From Octopus sinensis (lineage: Eukaryota): a DNA stretch of 64,000 bases. The position numbers were made by a program, and so were the translations under genes. Below are positions 1 through 11,639 of the stretch, piece by piece. The notes under the pieces are model-generated. The model had not been told where the DNA came from and did not search any database. It saw only the letters and a program-made list of their open reading frames with translations. Position 1 is the first letter of the stretch. The number at the start of each line of letters is the position of its first letter. The DNA lies in contig NC_042999.1 in NCBI RefSeq assembly GCF_006345805.1, forward strand, positions 13,206,001-13,270,000, given 5' to 3'.

Positions 1-199
1 CTGGGAGTAACGAACTCTGGGGTCTACGACAAAATAAATGGTATGTATCGACTTGTCACTTGGCCGTCACAACTGGGGAAATATCGTTCCAAATTCATGA
101 TGTATGTTCAATCTGCATGGCTGGCGAATGAAAGAACCGAGATGGAAGTTGTTACAGCAACTGTCTTAACATTCTGAAGCTACCCTTCCAAAACCCGCC

Positions 200-425
200 T
201 TTTATGACTCATTAGAAGGTTCTAGAAGGTTGAATCAGGTAATGGCTCGACGCTGATTGATCGGTTAATCGGTGGACCACGTGAAACTACAGTAATCTCA
301 ACATGACATTCGCACAGCTGTCCAGCGATTCGGTTTCGAATCTGCTATAAGTTCACAGTTAAATAAAAATACAAACGAGCAGTTTGGGCGCAGCTTGTGT
401 GTAAGATGTAACCAAAATTTTCTAT
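200..425 (-). repeat. Unclassified dispersed repeat, diverged copy also at about 29100-29330 (opposite strand)
   Basis: Reverse complement shares GTAGTTTCACGTG, AATCAGCGTC, ATTCGAA.CCGAA and TTCTAGAAC.TTCT in the same order with 29170-29325. Confidence 0.5.
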
Positions 426-799
426 AAACTGAAAAAGGGGATATGATTGCTGTAATGGAAGTTTACAAATACACACACACACACACATACACACCCATAC
501 AAACATACAAACACACATGCATATATACATGCATACATACATTTAGCTATATATAGACGAATGTATGTTGTGTGTTTATATGAACTTATTAATATATATA
601 TATATATAAATATATATATATAATGTATGTGTGTGTTTGTATGTAGATACAGGTATCTATATAAATATACAAATATACATACATGCATAAATACATACAT
701 ACGTAAATATATACACACATCCATACAAGCACACATGCATAAACGCTCATACACACATACATATACAAACACATACACATATGAACACATACACATGTA

Positions 800-1770
800 T
801 ATATACATACACACAGATACATACATACATACATACATTCATACATACATTCATACATACATACATACATACCTACATACATACATACATACGTACATAC
901 ATACATACATACATACATACATACATACATTCATACATACATACATACATACATACATACATACATACATACGTACATACATACGTACATACATACATAC
1001 ATACATTCATACATACATTCATACATACATACATACATACATACATACATACATACATACGTACATACATACATACATACATGCATACATACATACATAC
1101 ATACATTCATACATACATTCATACATACATTCATACATACATACATACATACATACATACATACATACATACATACATACATACATACATACATACGTAC
1201 ATACATACATACATACATACATTCATACATACATTCATACATACATACATACATACATACATACATACATACGTACATACATACATACATACATACATAC
1301 ATACATTCATACATACATTCATACATACATACATACATACATACATACATACATACATACATACATACATACATACATACACACATACATACATACATAC
1401 ACACATACATACATACATACATACGTACATACATACATACATACATACATACATACATACATACATACATACATACACACATACATACATACATACACAC
1501 ATACATACATACATACGTACATACATACATACATACATACACATATACATACATACATACATACATACACACATACATACATACATGCATACATACATAC
1601 ATACATACATTCATACATACATTCATACATACATACATACATACGTACATACATACATACATACATACATACATACATACATACATACATACATACACAC
1701 ATACATACATACATACGTACATACATACATACATACATACATACATACGTACATACATACATACATACAT
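800..1770 (+). repeat. (CATA)n microsatellite, about 1 kb, with degenerate TA/CA-rich flank from about 460
   Basis: Direct reading; source of the YIHT/MYVC pseudo-ORFs. Confidence 0.97.
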
Positions 1771-2190
1771 GTATTTGAAACCAGATGCTTGGTAGATGCC
1801 AAAATAATGTTAAAGGATGGTGAAAAAGAGAACATTTTTGCCAGACTGATAAGAAATGTCTAGTTCCTCCATCCTGGGTTATAATTTAAGGTTTCTGCCA
1901 ATGGTTATTGGAGCATATGGCTACGTGACTACGAGCACATGGCTAACTGACTCGGAGCACTCGGCCACGTAGCCTCATTTATCAGTGTTGAGAAGCCGTG
2001 ATTCACAAAACCAGAGAAAGGATGCCTAATCAGATGATGACGTCTACAAGCGGTCAAAGGTACAATAAAAATATGTAAAGCATTCAGAAAATGCAGTATG
2101 TAATAAGATCTACATGTGCAATACCATCTAGGCCTGAGCTGATGTGTACAAGTGCACGTATGTATGCATATGCATACATACGCATGTGCA
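1771..2190 (+). mobile_element. Highly decayed 3' end of RLE non-LTR retrotransposon, (CATA)n-associated family, diverged subfamily
   Basis: Broken translation CLVDAKIMLKDGEKENIFARLIRNV..FLHP..F.FLPMVIGAYGYVT...FTKPEK...GTIKICKAF parallels the C-terminus of the copies at 20627 and 34421. Confidence 0.7.
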
Positions 2191-2230
2191 TATACACATA
2201 TCCATTTATGTATGTATGTATGTATGTATG

Positions 2231-2295
<65 letters not shown>

Positions 2296-2366
2296 ATATA
2301 TATGTATATATATGAAAAAACAAGTCAAAAATAGAAAATGCTAAGATGATTTTATAGTGAATCTTT

Positions 2367-2404
2367 CAGTACCGGTTTCCGTCATTTTGAGACCTTTTCA
2401 ACTG
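2367..2404 (-). ncRNA. Degenerate minimal hammerhead ribozyme motif (Penelope-like terminal repeat remnant)
   Basis: Minus strand reads cag-TTGAAAA-ggtc-tcaaaat-gacg-GAAA-ccgg-TA-ctg: stem I cag/ctg, palindromic stem III ACCGGT, two core mismatches to CTGAAGA. Confidence 0.5.
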
Positions 2405-3069
2405 TAACGATTAAATAATTAAATTTAGAAAAATTAGAAGAAAAGTTTTTTTAAAAGAATATTTCTGTAGTAGTGTTCAGATATAAGTAGCATTCTGCCT
2501 TTCTCTGACTCCCTTGTTTGCACTTGTGTGTTCGAGGTATATATATATATATATATATAATATATATATATACATACATACATATATATATATTATATAT
2601 ATATATATATTATATATATATATATATACTATATATACGTTTAAATATTTGTTGTGCAAGATTTTTTATGTGAAGTCGTGTGTTGAAACAGATATTGTTA
2701 TATTTAGGAATGGTCATATTGCCAGTTTAGCAAAATAACACCAAATATATAGTGCGTGTGTTTTTATTGGCTAAACTGGCAATATGACCATTCCTAAATA
2801 TAACAATATACTATATATACATATATACATACATACACATGTACAAATACACACATCTCGCTCTACTTTGTATTTTGTCCCATCTGTGCTCAGCCCTTTG
2901 TGGCCAATAAAGAAACACACACACACACATACACACACACATACACATTCACCTCATGAGATAATTAAGAAAACTCTGGTGTCAAGTAGAATCCACTGGA
3001 AGTGATACTCCAACATGACCGTTGCCGAATGGCAGAAACAAGGTATGTATGAGATAGATAGATAGATAA

Positions 3070-3108
<39 letters not shown>

Positions 3109-3640
3109 AAGTGGGAGAGAGACAGACAGACAAAGAGAGAGTGAGAACACCTGTGGTTCTCTATGGCATCGAAGCTAAACGCAACTTAATTAAAGTCGAA
3201 ATGGTGATGCCTTAATGATAACGTCAAATCGAAGAGTTGTAGCTTTAAAAGTGACTTCAATCAAGACTGCAAATGCTTTCTCAAATTTTAATCTCGTTTA
3301 CAATAACGTCAGAGAACAATCAGTTCATTATTTCATCCATTAGTCGTTTGCTGACCTCCATAATTAAGGATACGTGTACCAAATGCAAGATTCGTATCTG
3401 ATTTCAGTTTTGATTAAGATGGCGTTTTCTCATTACAGTGGACAGTATTACGGGAGCCATCTCAATTCAGCAATGACGCTAATACGTTTGTGCATGTAAA
3501 TGGAATAACGATAAATATCAATTACATTAGCATAAGCATTGAGAGGTGATTGTTTTTCCTGCTTCTTGTTTCTATGTCCTGCGGAAAATTTTAATCAAAT
3601 ATGTGAAATTTTGAAAAATTAGAAAAGAAAAAAAAAAAAC

Positions 3641-4059
3641 CTTTACTCTTTTACTCTTTTACTTGTTTCAGTCATTTGACTGTGGCCATGCTGGAGCACC
3701 GCCTTTAGTCGAGAAAATCGACCCCGGGACTTATTCTTTGTAAGCCCAGTACTTATTCTATCGGTCTCTTTTGCCGAACCGCTAGATGACGGGCACGTAA
3801 ACACACCAGCATCGGTTGTCAAGCAATGCTAGAGGGACAAACACAGACACACGAACATATACATACACATACATATATATATATATACATATATACGACA
3901 GGATTCTTTCAGTTTCCGTCTACCAAATCCACTCACAAGGCTTTGGTCGGCCCGAGGCTATAGCAGAAGACACTTGCCCAAGATGCCACGCAGTGGGACT
4001 GAACCCAGAACCATGTGGCTGATTAGCAAGCTACTTACCACACAGCCACTCCTGCGCCT
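3641..4059 (-). mobile_element. SINE family A (tRNA-like head GGCGCAGGAGTGGCTGTGTGG, internal microsatellite, CCAGCATGGCC tail), full length
   Basis: Near-identical to copies at 20020 and 60205; A/B-box-like head; (AAAAGAGT)n tail. Confidence 0.9.
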
Positions 4060-4069
4060 ATTTCCTTAC

Positions 4070-4500
4070 ATTGACTTATTTTTGTGTTTTCTAAACCGAG
4101 ATAATATGCTGTCTTGCAAGTGCTACCAGTCAAAAACTCCGCATACCGGAAACCAGCAAGTGTATGGGGCCATCAGGAGAGAATGCGTACTGTTTCGGGG
4201 CCTATGTCTCGACGGCATCAATGCGCACAGGACCCCCTCACTGATATGAGGCCCCGCTTGCTAGATCAGCTGGTTATCAAATAAAGCTCAATATTCTTCT
4301 AGCCATCGCTCATCTCTTTTTAACCAAATCCTGTGGCTAGCCTTCTCTACTTTAGTTTGGATATCGGTCATGGTGGTATTGACTTTACGATGAGTTAGGC
4401 CTAACGATAACAACAGTCGTCTCACACTGTGTCCAACGAACCCTCTACATCCGACTTCGATTAAGAACTGAAATATTATACTAATTGTGCCCGTGGAAAT
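4070..4500 (-). mobile_element. 3' end of HERO-type RLE non-LTR retrotransposon (ORF C-terminus plus 3' UTR)
   Basis: ORF 4288-4530 contains IEVGCRGFVGHSVRRLLLSLG...EKASHRIWLKRDERW, matching the HERO C-terminal pattern PVEVGCRGF...WLWLKR. Confidence 0.75.
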
Positions 4501-4577
4501 TCCGCGGTCCATATCGTGATACAGCATCATTCATAAATATCTCCCCACCTGGGGAATAATACCCTCAATAATAATCA

Positions 4578-4752
4578 TGAAATTTTAGGGGAGAGGAGCA
4601 GTCGATTACCTCGACCTGTGTTCAACTGGTACTTAATTTATCGACTCTGAAAGGTTGAAAGACAAAGTCGACCTCAGCGGAATTTGAACTCAGACGAGTG
4701 AAATACCGTGAATCATTTCGCCCGGTGTGCTAAGGATTCTGCCAGCTCGCTA
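4578..4752 (-). mobile_element. SINE family B (AAGGCGGCGAGCTGGCAGAA head, Nin-domain-like core), partial
   Basis: Core GAGGTCGACTTTG.CTTTCA.CCTTTC.GAGTCGATAAATTAAGTACCAGT on minus strand. Confidence 0.8.
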
Positions 4753-4866
4753 CTGAATAATAATAATAATAACAATAATAATAATAATAATAATAATATT
4801 AATAATAATGATAATAATAATAATAATAAGACATTATCATAATAATGATAATAATAATAATAATAA

Positions 4867-6828
4867 GGATTGACTACAAAAAGGCGTTTGATAGCATCCC
4901 CCACACATGGATCCTCGAAACACTAGCCATTAACAAAGTAGCACCAACAATCATAAAATTCATAGAGCACTCTATGAATAAATGGCTAACAGTCCTACAC
5001 CTCCAAACAAAAGAGGGACTCATGAAAACCAAAGACATCCCCATTAGAAGAGGAATATTCCAGGGAGACACGCTCTCTCCACTCCTTTTCTGCTTGGCAC
5101 TGTCACCTCTATCTGATATGCTAAATAGAACTGGATGCGGATATAAATGTTACGGCAAAACGATCAGCCACCTTTTATATATGGATGACCTAAAACTATA
5201 CGCTGCAAATGACAAACAGCTGGAAACACTATTAAAGACAGTTCATGGATTTACCAAAGAAATAGATATGAAATTTGAATTAGAAAAATGCGCCAAAGTA
5301 ACCATGAAAAGAGGAAAACTAGTTAAGAGTAACAACATCACACTAGATAAACCAATGAAATAAAAGAATTAGACCAAAGCCAAACTTACAAATACTTAGG
5401 AATCCATGAACTAGATAAGACACAACACACACAAATGAAAGAGAAAATAAAAAAAGAATATTATAGACGAGTTAGATCAATACTAAAAACAGAGCTCAAT
5501 GCTAAAAACAAGATAATAGGTATCAACACTTTAGCTGTCCCAGTTATAAGTTACAGCTACAATATCCTTAACTGGACACGAAATGAACTGTCCAAAATAG
5601 ATAGGAAAACAAGAAAAATACTGACAGGATCTAGGATGCATCACCCAAAATCTGACATAGAAAGACTATATATACAACGTATAGAAGGTGGTAGAGGCCT
5701 TATACAGCTGGAAAACTACTATAAAATAACCACCATAGGACTGCAAAAATACCTACTTCAGAAGGAAGGAAAACTGATCCAGACAGCAGCAAAACACGAG
5801 CAAAACAAAAACCTGTTCTCAGTATTTAAGGAAGCTGACAAATACAAACAAGAAATCATACCACCTAATAAACACAAAGAAGAAGAAGAAGATGATGAAG
5901 AAACAACAAAAGCTATAAAACAAATGAAATCCAAACTAAAAATAGAACAGCAACGAGCCATGACAAAACGATGGCAAGAAAAACCCCTTCATGGTAAATA
6001 CTGCACTAAACTAAACGCAAAAGAAATAGACAAAGAAAAATCCCAGCAATGGTTGAGAAGCTCAGGACTCAAAGCAGAAACAGGGATTTTTAATTGCAGC
6101 ACAAGACCAAAGCCTCCCCACCAGAAATTACCAAAAACATGTAATGAAAAGAAATATTACAAGTAACTGCAGAATATGTGGAGATGGACAAGAAACTAAA
6201 TCATATTATCTCTAGCTGCCCAGTCCTGCTAAGAAGGAATATATTCACAGACATGACAGAGTTGGAACCTACATACATTGGAAGCTATGCCAACATTATG
6301 GAATAACAACAGAAAAAAGATGGTATAGGCACACACCAGAAAAGGTCACAGAAAACGAGAAAGCAACCATACTCTGGGATATGCCGATACACACAGATAG
6401 AGAAATTAAGGCCAACAGACCAGATATAGTTGTCAGAGATCATGAAGAAAAAAAATGCTTTCTAATTGATGTATCAATACCGGCAGATAACAACGTGTCT
6501 CTAAAAGAAATGGAGAAACTCTCAAAATACAAAGACCTGGAAATAGAGGTAACTAGAATGTGGAATCTGAAAACAGAAACAATTCCTATCATAGTAGGTG
6601 CATTAGGCATGATAAAAAAATATTCAGACAAATACATAACAAAAACACCAGGACTTACAAACACATATAACATACAGAAAATTGCACTACTAGGCACTGC
6701 ACACATCCTACGCAGAACACTTTCCATGCAATAACCATCAGAGCATCACAACAAATCACAGCACATACCCAAGGCACACAGAGCTGCGCTCGGTAGTGAA
6801 GTGAAAGCACGCTATAAAAATAAAACTA

Positions 6829-6831
<3 letters not shown>
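4867..6831 (+). mobile_element. 5'-truncated R4/Dong-clade RLE LINE (RT, CCHC finger, RLE), frameshifted, embedded in (TAA)n
   Basis: IDYKKAFDSIPH, RGIFQGDTLSPLLF, HLLYMDDLK, HPKSDIERLY..GGRGL, CRICG, RHD, NRPDIVV..D..K across ORFs 4845-5363, 5435-6166 and 6381-6734; (TAA)n at 4755-4866 and 6832-6893. Confidence 0.93.
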
Positions 6832-6894
<63 letters not shown>

Positions 6895-7454
6895 CTGTCG
6901 TTTCTACCGTAATCATTTGATTCATTTCTAGGAAATCTTGTCTATCTTGAATTCTCTTCTGGTCTATTCTCTAATTCTGGCTTATACAAAACATCTCGGC
7001 CTGTCATCATCGTTCATATTCTGCCTTCTTGATTAACAATTCTCATTCTTTCTCATTAAGGACACCTAGCTCCATTTTTAGTTTTGTTGCGGTGGTCACC
7101 AATGTGAAGTTGCGATGCTGGATGTGTATTGTATTGTTAAAGATCATCGTCGTGTGGTTTAGCTGGTTGCATGTATAATACATGAAGCAAACTCACGAAT
7201 CTTTGACTTTTAACACACTTATTGCTGGACATGATTTCCTGCATTGGTTATTTACAAAAAGAAAGATGCTGATAATATAACCACTGACTAAAACCTCTGT
7301 ATTTTTTTTTAAGGCTAGCTGTGATAGAGTGTTTGGGAGTGTCTGAAGTTGTTTCTTGCTTGAAGTAGTCAGTTCGAATGCTCGAAGTGATCTGGTGTTA
7401 GCGGTCTGCCTTCTGTAAATGCTTTGTGCGCCAAACGGATTTTATAGGGTGAAA

Positions 7455-7778
7455 TTCCCAGACCGGGCGTTGTGAGTGTTTATTGGGCGAAAACACCTAA
7501 AGCTCCACGAGGCTCCGGCAGGGGATGGTGGTGATCCCTGCTGTACTCTTTCACCACAACTTTCTCTCGCTCTTACTTCCTGTTTCTGTTTATTGTACCT
7601 GTATTTCAAAGGGCCGGCCTTGTCACTCTCTGTGTCACGCTGAATATCCCCGAGAGCTACGTTAAGGGTACACGTGTCTGTGGAGTGCTCAGCCACTTAC
7701 ACGTTAATTTCACGAGCAGGCTGTTCCGTTGATTCGGATCGACCGGAACCCTCGTCGTCGTAACCGACGGAGTGCTTC
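7455..7778 (+). mobile_element. SINE family C (GTGGAGGCGCAATGGCCCAGTGG head type), head-truncated, tail type 1
   Basis: Shares body GAGCGAAAACACCTAAAGCTCCACGAGG with 12529 and 24465 copies; ends ...GTAACCGACGGAGTGC. Confidence 0.85.
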
Positions 7779-8384
7779 CACTTCCACATAGGGTGAAAAA
7801 GTGGGCGAATTTTGGCTCATTCGAGGAGTCATATCACGCCACAGCTTCACAATCATTGATCGACATGTAAATCAATCACGTAAAATTCTGGTAGCTTACT
7901 CGTGATCCCTAGATGAATATTTTGCAGTTGGGGTTTGAATCCCCACAGCATTAATTTCATTCCTTTCCTCCCGAGTTAATGCTTCTTGTCGTTCCTGATT
8001 CTCTTCTCTTTGTTCCTAATTCTTTTTTCTTCCGTTTAACCCTTTTCTTAAACTTTCTCTGTATTTCCTCTGCCTCTCTCGTTTCAGTTCTCGCGGTTGT
8101 GCTCTATGACCACTGTCCCCCGCAACACATCAAATTCTGTTTCTGTAACAAGACGATTTAAGAAGCACTTGATATATTATAGTTGCTAACACATGTCTCC
8201 AAGACGAAATTTAGGAACATGGTTGTTAATATAATACTTGAGGAAAATCCGCGTCTACGTGCACATACACATATACACACAGTTCCCACTCAAACGAACG
8301 CTAATGACGTGCTTACCTATATAAACGCACGCAACAGCTAATCGTCGTCTGTATGTGGGCGCGCGAATAGCCTCCTTATGTGCG

Positions 8385-9166
8385 TGTGTATGTATGTATG
8401 TATGTATGTATGTATGTATGTATGTATGTATGTATGTATGTATGCATGCATGTATGTATGTATGTACATATGTATGTAAATATGTATGTATGTATGCATG
8501 CATGCATGCATGTATGTATGTATGTATGTATGTATGCATGTATGTATGTATGTATGTATGCATGCATGTATGTATGCATGCATGTATGTATGTATGTATG
8601 TATGTATGCATGCATGTATGTATGTATGCATGTATGTATGTATGTATGTATGTATGTATGTATGTATGCATGCATGCATGTATGTATGCATGTATGTATG
8701 TATGTATGTATGTATGTATGTATGTATGTATGTACGTGTGCATGTATGTATGCATGTATGTATGCATGCATGTATGTATGTATGCATGCATGCATGTATG
8801 CATGCATGTATGTATGTATGTATGTATGCATGCATGTATGTATGTATGCATGCATGTATGTATGTATAAATGCATGTATGTATGCACGCATGCATGCATG
8901 TATGTATGCATGTATGTATGTATGTATGCATGCATGCATGTATGTATGCATGCATGTATGTATGTATGCATGCATGCATGCATGCATGTATGTATGTATG
9001 TATGTGTGCATGTATGTATGTATGTATGTATGTATGTATGTATGTGTGCATGTATGTATGTATGTATGTATGTGTGCATGTATGTATGTACATATGTATG
9101 TAAGTATGTATGTATGCATGCATGTATGTATGTATGTATGTATGTATGTATGTATGTATGTATGTA
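8385..9166 (+). repeat. (TATG)n microsatellite with TGCA variants, about 780 bp
   Basis: Direct reading. Confidence 0.97.
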
Positions 9167-9817
9167 TTCTTTCTTTCTTTCTCCTTCTCTCTGTCATATA
9201 CGCCTACATACTTTAATCTTCTTGCAGCATCACAGTTATTTTACACCACAGGAATCTATCGTTAGGACTTCAAAATAATAGAAAAACCAAATATAATTCC
9301 CTCAATTGAATCAGAACAGAATCACAGACTCTCTTGATCTACTGAATAATAATTTACGGTAACCGTCTTAGATTTTTTTTTAAAATTCGACACAAGACCA
9401 GTTATTACAGTATAAATATACACTCACTTAAACTGAAAATGCTTATTAGTGGTGCTAATTTTACTGATGCCCAGAGGGGAAAAAATGAAGAAGAAAATCG
9501 AGCTTGACAAGATTTTAAACAAAATACTTGGAGATAGTGAAGCAACTACAGTGAAAATTATGTCTAATGTTCTACTTATCTGTTTTCTATTTTAGCAGTT
9601 TTTTTGTTGCCTCTTTAGTTAGTGTTCTATTTATATTCTTAGAGTTGGGCAATCGGCCAGAAATAATACAATGCGTATTTTCTTTGATGAAGGAAGCTAG
9701 CAAAAGAACAGATGCCGGTGTTGGGGGGATGAGGACTATACTTGCTTTATCCAAATGAGAGAAAATGTATTGTCTTTGTAAAACGAGATTCATTTGCATA
9801 TAAAAGCTAACGCACTA

Positions 9818-9819
9818 CA

Positions 9820-9868
<49 letters not shown>

Positions 9869-9895
9869 ATAATAATAATAATAGTAATAATAATG

Positions 9896-9926
<31 letters not shown>

Positions 9927-9952
9927 TAATAATAATAATAATAATAATAATA

Positions 9953-9998
<46 letters not shown>
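9818..9998 (+). repeat. (CTA)n(TAA)n microsatellite
   Basis: Direct reading. Confidence 0.95.
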
Positions 9999-10563
9999 TG
10001 GTGGCTGATGATATGCCCATCTCTGATCACGAGACTCTCATGGCTTCTGGTCTTAACTGATTGGAAGCATTATCATGTACATTGTTTTGTCTTGGTATAA
10101 AAGACGGACTACAGCAAATATTCTTCTCAATACCACAGATTTACTCGTCAGTTGTTTGCCCTTAACCAGTTGAGCATGTCCCTTAGTGGCTGACGATATG
10201 TGCATCTCTGATCACAAGCAGAAGTAGAGGGGGAGCAACATAGCCATGTGTTGAGAGGGATTATTTGGGGTTTGAATAATTCACCCCTGGAAACATGGTT
10301 GTTTCGTTCAACGTCCTTAAACAACCCTTATTCAGAGACCTTTTGAGCGGGATAGGTTACCAGACCGGAAGAAAATTCTAATTGGGCCCCACCTGCAAGG
10401 TCATGTGCTGTTTATCTTGATATGAGATCACTATGTCGCGCACATATGGTTGTGATGCATGTGCCTGGTGTACCCTTATCAGACGGGTAGTCATGATGGG
10501 TATAGTGGGCTTCTTATATTTTACCCCAATGTCACTTTGATGGCATGCACTGCTCTCTCACTC
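9999..10563 (+). mobile_element. Non-coding element bounded by (TAA)n on both sides; probable LINE 3' UTR or non-autonomous retroelement
   Basis: No ORF; ends CTCTCTCACTC directly into (AAT)n; internal 35-bp duplication. Confidence 0.6.
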
Positions 10564-10585
10564 AATAATAATAATAATAATAATG

Positions 10586-10622
<37 letters not shown>

Positions 10623-10671
10623 TAATAATAATAATTAAAATAATAATAATAATAACAATAATAATCATAAT

Positions 10672-10884
10672 GGTTTCAAATTTTGCCAAAAGGGAAGCAA
10701 TTTTGTGGGAGGGGCGAATCGATTACATCGATTCCAGTGTTCAACTGGTACTTATTTTATAGATCTCGAAAGGATGAAAGGAAAAATCGACCTCGGCGGA
10801 ATTTGAACTTAGAACATAGCGATGGCTGAAATGCTGCTAAGCGTCTTGCATGCTGTGCTCACAATTCTGCCATCTCGCACCCTT
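10672..10884 (-). mobile_element. SINE family B, diverged, tail variant iii
   Basis: Core CGACCTCGGCGGAATTTGAACT; tail reads ...AAATTTGAAACCA on minus strand. Confidence 0.75.
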
Positions 10885-10939
10885 AATAAAAATGATGATG
10901 ATAATGATGATGATAACAATAATAATGACGATAATAATA

Positions 10940-11155
10940 ATCCTTTCTGCTGTAGGCACAAGGCCTGAATTTTTGGCGGATGGGACTAGTCGATTACATC
11001 GAACCCAGTGTTTCACTTGTACTTAATATATCGACCCCGAAAGGATAAAAAGCAAAGTCGACCTCGGCGGAATTTGAACTCAGAACGTAGCGGCAGACGA
11101 AATACCGCTGAGCAGTTTTGGCCGCCGTGCATACGATTCCACCAACTCGCCATCT
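10940..11155 (-). mobile_element. SINE family B, tail variant ii
   Basis: Core intact; tail GGCCTTGTGCCTACAGCAGAAAGG on minus strand. Confidence 0.85.
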
Positions 11156-11414
11156 TAACATCAATGATAATAACATCAATCAAATAAACAAATAGAACAA
11201 CCTGAAATAATAATAATAAACTTGTGCTACAAAGTCCACCATCTTATTTTCTATTCAATTGTAATCAATTATAGAATTGTGTTCTTGCAGAGATAATTTA
11301 ATCGAGTTTACTACAACGATATCTTCTTCACGGTTGATTTGGCCCTCTGAGGTAATTCTTCTTCACGGTTGATATCGCCCCTTGAGACAATTCTTCTTCT
11401 TCCATGGCTTCATC

Positions 11415-11572
11415 CATCGTGGCATTCCGTCGGTTACGACGATGAGGGTTCCAGTTGATCTGATCAACGGAACAGCCTGCTTGTGAAATTAACGTGCGAA
11501 GTGGTTGAGCACTCCACAGGCACGTGTACCCTTAACGTAGTTCTCGGGGGAGATTCAGCGTGACACCGAGTG

Positions 11573-11639
<67 letters not shown>

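Noticed and set aside
627-1863. 383-aa and 360-aa ORFs (YIHT/MYVC repeats), and similar ORFs at 8255-9278, 45874-46926 and 47088-48417
   Set aside because: Translations of (CATA)n, (TATG)n and (GATA)n microsatellites, which lack stops in several frames; not genes
6900-7440. Possible N-terminal part of an RLE LINE on the minus strand
   Set aside because: No motif could be aligned with confidence
9587-9799. 70-aa minus-strand ORF with protein-like composition
   Set aside because: No recognisable motif and no usable donor before the stop; cannot be supported
11322-11400. 33-bp tandem duplication (TCTTCTTCACGGTTGAT...)
   Set aside because: Two copies only, next to a SINE tail; ordinary slippage
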